From assembly GCA_902592675.1 (NCBI GenBank), contig CACJFJ010000005.1, forward strand, positions 910 to 64,909: a DNA stretch of 64,000 bases, given 5' to 3'. The notes beneath the pieces are model-generated. The model had not been told where the DNA came from. It ran no database searches and worked only from the letters and a program-made list of their open reading frames with translations. The stretch is from an uncultured Pelagibacteraceae bacterium. GTDB taxonomy: Bacteria; Pseudomonadota; Alphaproteobacteria; Pelagibacterales; Pelagibacteraceae. How positions within the stretch are numbered: the stretch's first letter is position 1; each line of letters begins with the position of its first letter. This document shows positions 61,779 through 64,000 of the stretch, one piece after another. The translations under genes and the position numbers were made by a program.

Positions 61779-62925
61779 CGCCCCAAATTAAATAATTTAG
61801 AGATTTTAGTAATCTTGATATTATATTAACCTTTTTAACGTTGTTTAAAGCAAGTAAATCATATTCACCCAACTGTTCATCGTCATAAATAATTTTTAAT
61901 TTTGCTAGAATTTGATCTTTCTTGATGGGTGCTTCAATGGGTCCATCATAGACAACCTTTACCTTTAATTTTTTCTTTTGTCCTTTTTTGATAGTTTTGT
62001 AAATATCTTCTTCAGTATAAACTTTTACGGTATCTTTTTTTCCTAGCCAAACATCTACGCTATGAAATGGCTCTTCTTTTTTTGAAATTTCTACTAAATC
62101 AAAGTTTGTCAAACCGTATACTAAAAGTTTTGAGCTTTGCCTTGATCTTGAATTTTTCGTTTCAAATCCACTAGCTACAGCAACCAATCTTCTACCATTT
62201 CTTTCTAGAGAGGATGCTAAAGAATATCTTTCAACTGCTAAATAACCAGTTTTTATACCATCAACACCCATGTTCTTATATAACAAAGGATTTCTATTTC
62301 CCTGAGTTATAGGATCACCACCGGTCCTATCCCAAGTAAATTCTTTTTCTTTGAACCAAGCATAATATTTTGAGTGATTTTTAATCAAATAATTAGACAT
62401 TAACATTATATCTCTTACTGTTGAATAATTATCAGGATCATTAATTCCAGATGAATTCGCAAAATTTGTATTTAACATACCAATCTCTTTTGCTTTCGAG
62501 GTCATCATAATCGCAAACTCCTCCTCAGTACCTGCTATACCTTCAGCTAATGCTATGCAGGCATCATTTCCTGATGCAATAATTATTCCTTTAAGGAGAT
62601 TTTCAACTGAAACTTCATCACCTACCATTACAAACATAGATGAATAACCTGAAGTAGATAACCGCCATGCTTTTTCTGAAATTATAAATTTTTCGTTTAA
62701 GTTTAAATCACCCGATTTTATCAAATCAAAAGCTATAATACTTGTCATTATCTTGGTCATAGATGCCGGATAGATTGATCTATCTGGATCTTTTTCATAA
62801 AGAATTTCACCTGATAGAAAGTCTTGTAAAATTGCAGTCCTAGCTTTGATTTCAATATTTGCATAAAGAGAATTACAAACAATTAAGTTTATTAAACAAA
62901 TAAATAAAATTTTTAGCCTAAACAT
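61771..62925 (-). CDS. dacA: D-alanyl-D-alanine carboxypeptidase
   Basis: PASMTK (SxxK), SGN, KTG; PBP5 C-terminal domain. Confidence 0.93.
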   Translation of the reverse strand: MFRLKILFICLINLIVCNSLYANIEIKARTAILQDFLSGEILYEKDPDRSIYPASMTKIMTSIIAFDLIKSGDLNLNEKFIISEKAWRLSTSGYSSMFVMVGDEVSVENLLKGIIIASGNDACIALAEGIAGTEEEFAIMMTSKAKEIGMLNTNFANSSGINDPDNYSTVRDIMLMSNYLIKNHSKYYAWFKEKEFTWDRTGGDPITQGNRNPLLYKNMGVDGIKTGYLAVERYSLASSLERNGRRLVAVASGFETKNSRSRQSSKLLVYGLTNFDLVEISKKEEPFHSVDVWLGKKDTVKVYTEEDIYKTIKKGQKKKLKVKVVYDGPIEAPIKKDQILAKLKIIYDDEQLGEYDLLALNNVKKVNIISRLLKSLNYLIWGDV

Positions 62926-63670
62926 TTTTTAAAATTTCTAAATTCTCAAAATTTAATATATTCATTTTTTCAAATGAATCTTTTAAACTTTTTATATCAT
63001 TAAAAGGACCTATTATTACCCTATATTTTGTAGAAGATAGTTTTACAATAGATAAATTATCTAAAGATGTATCATTCTTAATTCTATCAAGCATGATTTT
63101 AGCTGTATCTTTATAATAAAAATCAGCAACTTTAATTGAATATGAGAATTTTTTTGTTTTGATATTTTTTTTTCTTTTTTCCTTTGTATTTAAATCATTA
63201 ATTTGAATACCATCTACAGGTGCTTTTTCAGCAACTTCTCTTTCTTCCTCAAACATCTTTGCTTTTTTTGCCACAAATGTTGAATTTTTAGGGACAGAAA
63301 TTATTTCTATATATGGTTCAAAAATATCCAACTCTAATTCTTCGGCTATTCTTTGACTTAATACAGAGTTATAAAAACTTGAAAATTTTACTCTATTAGA
63401 TCTTACTTGAGCTAATAAATATTTGCCATTTTCTGGATTCGTAATTTTAACAATTGATCTTTTTTTTAAAGATTTATGATATATTTCTAAAGATCTAGAC
63501 TCTAAACTTTTCATCATAGATAATTCATCATTATAAATTAATGCAAAACCTGAATTTTGATATCTAGTCTTAAATTGAAGTTGTTTCTTGTTACTTACCG
63601 TATTTAAATTTTGAGTACAGCCAAATATAAACAAACATAAAAATATACTTATAAGTTTTTTAAATATCAT
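62918..63670 (-). CDS. RlpA-like lipoprotein with SPOR domain (divergent DPBB domain)
   Basis: Lipobox IFGC; HKSL...VKITNPENG; C-terminal YRVIIGPF SPOR domain; located upstream of dacA. Confidence 0.75.
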   Translation of the reverse strand: MIFKKLISIFLCLFIFGCTQNLNTVSNKKQLQFKTRYQNSGFALIYNDELSMMKSLESRSLEIYHKSLKKRSIVKITNPENGKYLLAQVRSNRVKFSSFYNSVLSQRIAEELELDIFEPYIEIISVPKNSTFVAKKAKMFEEEREVAEKAPVDGIQINDLNTKEKRKKNIKTKKFSYSIKVADFYYKDTAKIMLDRIKNDTSLDNLSIVKLSSTKYRVIIGPFNDIKSLKDSFEKMNILNFENLEILKNV

Positions 63671-64000
63671 CTTTTATTTTTTCTTTAAGCGTACATACTG
63701 CAAGAGCAAATCTAAGTGATCTATTCCAATTAAGAATTATCTCGTAATTCTCGAAAACTATGTACGCTGGATTTAATGTTTCAGCATCAGGTATTATATC
63801 TTTATCAGGAGTAATGATTGCTACTTTTAAATTTTCGTTGATAAAATCTAAATCATTATAATTATTTATATATTTTTTAAAAAATTTAAATTTTTTCTTA
63901 TTTTTCAATTTTTTAGCAGAAACATTTAAATATTTCTTGTTTATTTGTGTATTTAAATCAATTTTATAAAAACAGTGAGAATTTTTTTTCCAACCCATAT
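63660..64000 (-). CDS. lytic murein transglycosylase (MltB-like), C-terminal fragment truncated by the window edge
   Basis: AYIVFENY..I..WNRS..FALAV matches the MltB/SLT_2 C-terminus; located upstream of rlpA-dacA. Confidence 0.7.
   Translation of the reverse strand, partial: MGWKKNSHCFYKIDLNTQINKKYLNVSAKKLKNKKKFKFFKKYINNYNDLDFINENLKVAIITPDKDIIPDAETLNPAYIVFENYEIILNWNRSLRFALAVCTLKEKIKDDI

Overview
AT-rich, extremely compact alphaproteobacterial chromosome segment. Gene content and order and the SAM-V riboswitch point to SAR11/Pelagibacter; this is an inference, not a database result. Most of the window is housekeeping: gatAB, soxBDAG, slt, dapA-smpB-folK-spoT-pyrE-pdxJ-acpS-lepB-rnc-recO, hemB, rpiB-glyA-nrdR-rib operon-nusB-thiL, hppA, rpmF-plsX-ihfA, metY with a tandem SAM-II/SAM-V leader, rplM-rpsI-argC-hom, glpX, nhaA, tatD-metG-holB-tmk-dacA, and three tRNAs (Ser-GCT, Glu-TTC, Pro-TGG). 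The most interesting part is 43.6-45.9 kb. Gene orientation flips convergently there (about 41+/13- CDS on the left, 3+/18- on the right), as expected at a replication terminus. At that point sits a solitary Cre-like tyrosine recombinase, immediately preceded by a 14-7-14 bp lox/dif-like inverted repeat. This is a candidate single-recombinase chromosome dimer resolution system. Beside it are a ~50% GC structured RNA with terminator/antiterminator potential upstream of a minimal alkyltransferase, an uncalled two-helix microprotein, a 450 bp non-coding gap and a glycosyltransferase/methyltransferase cassette ending at tRNA-Glu.
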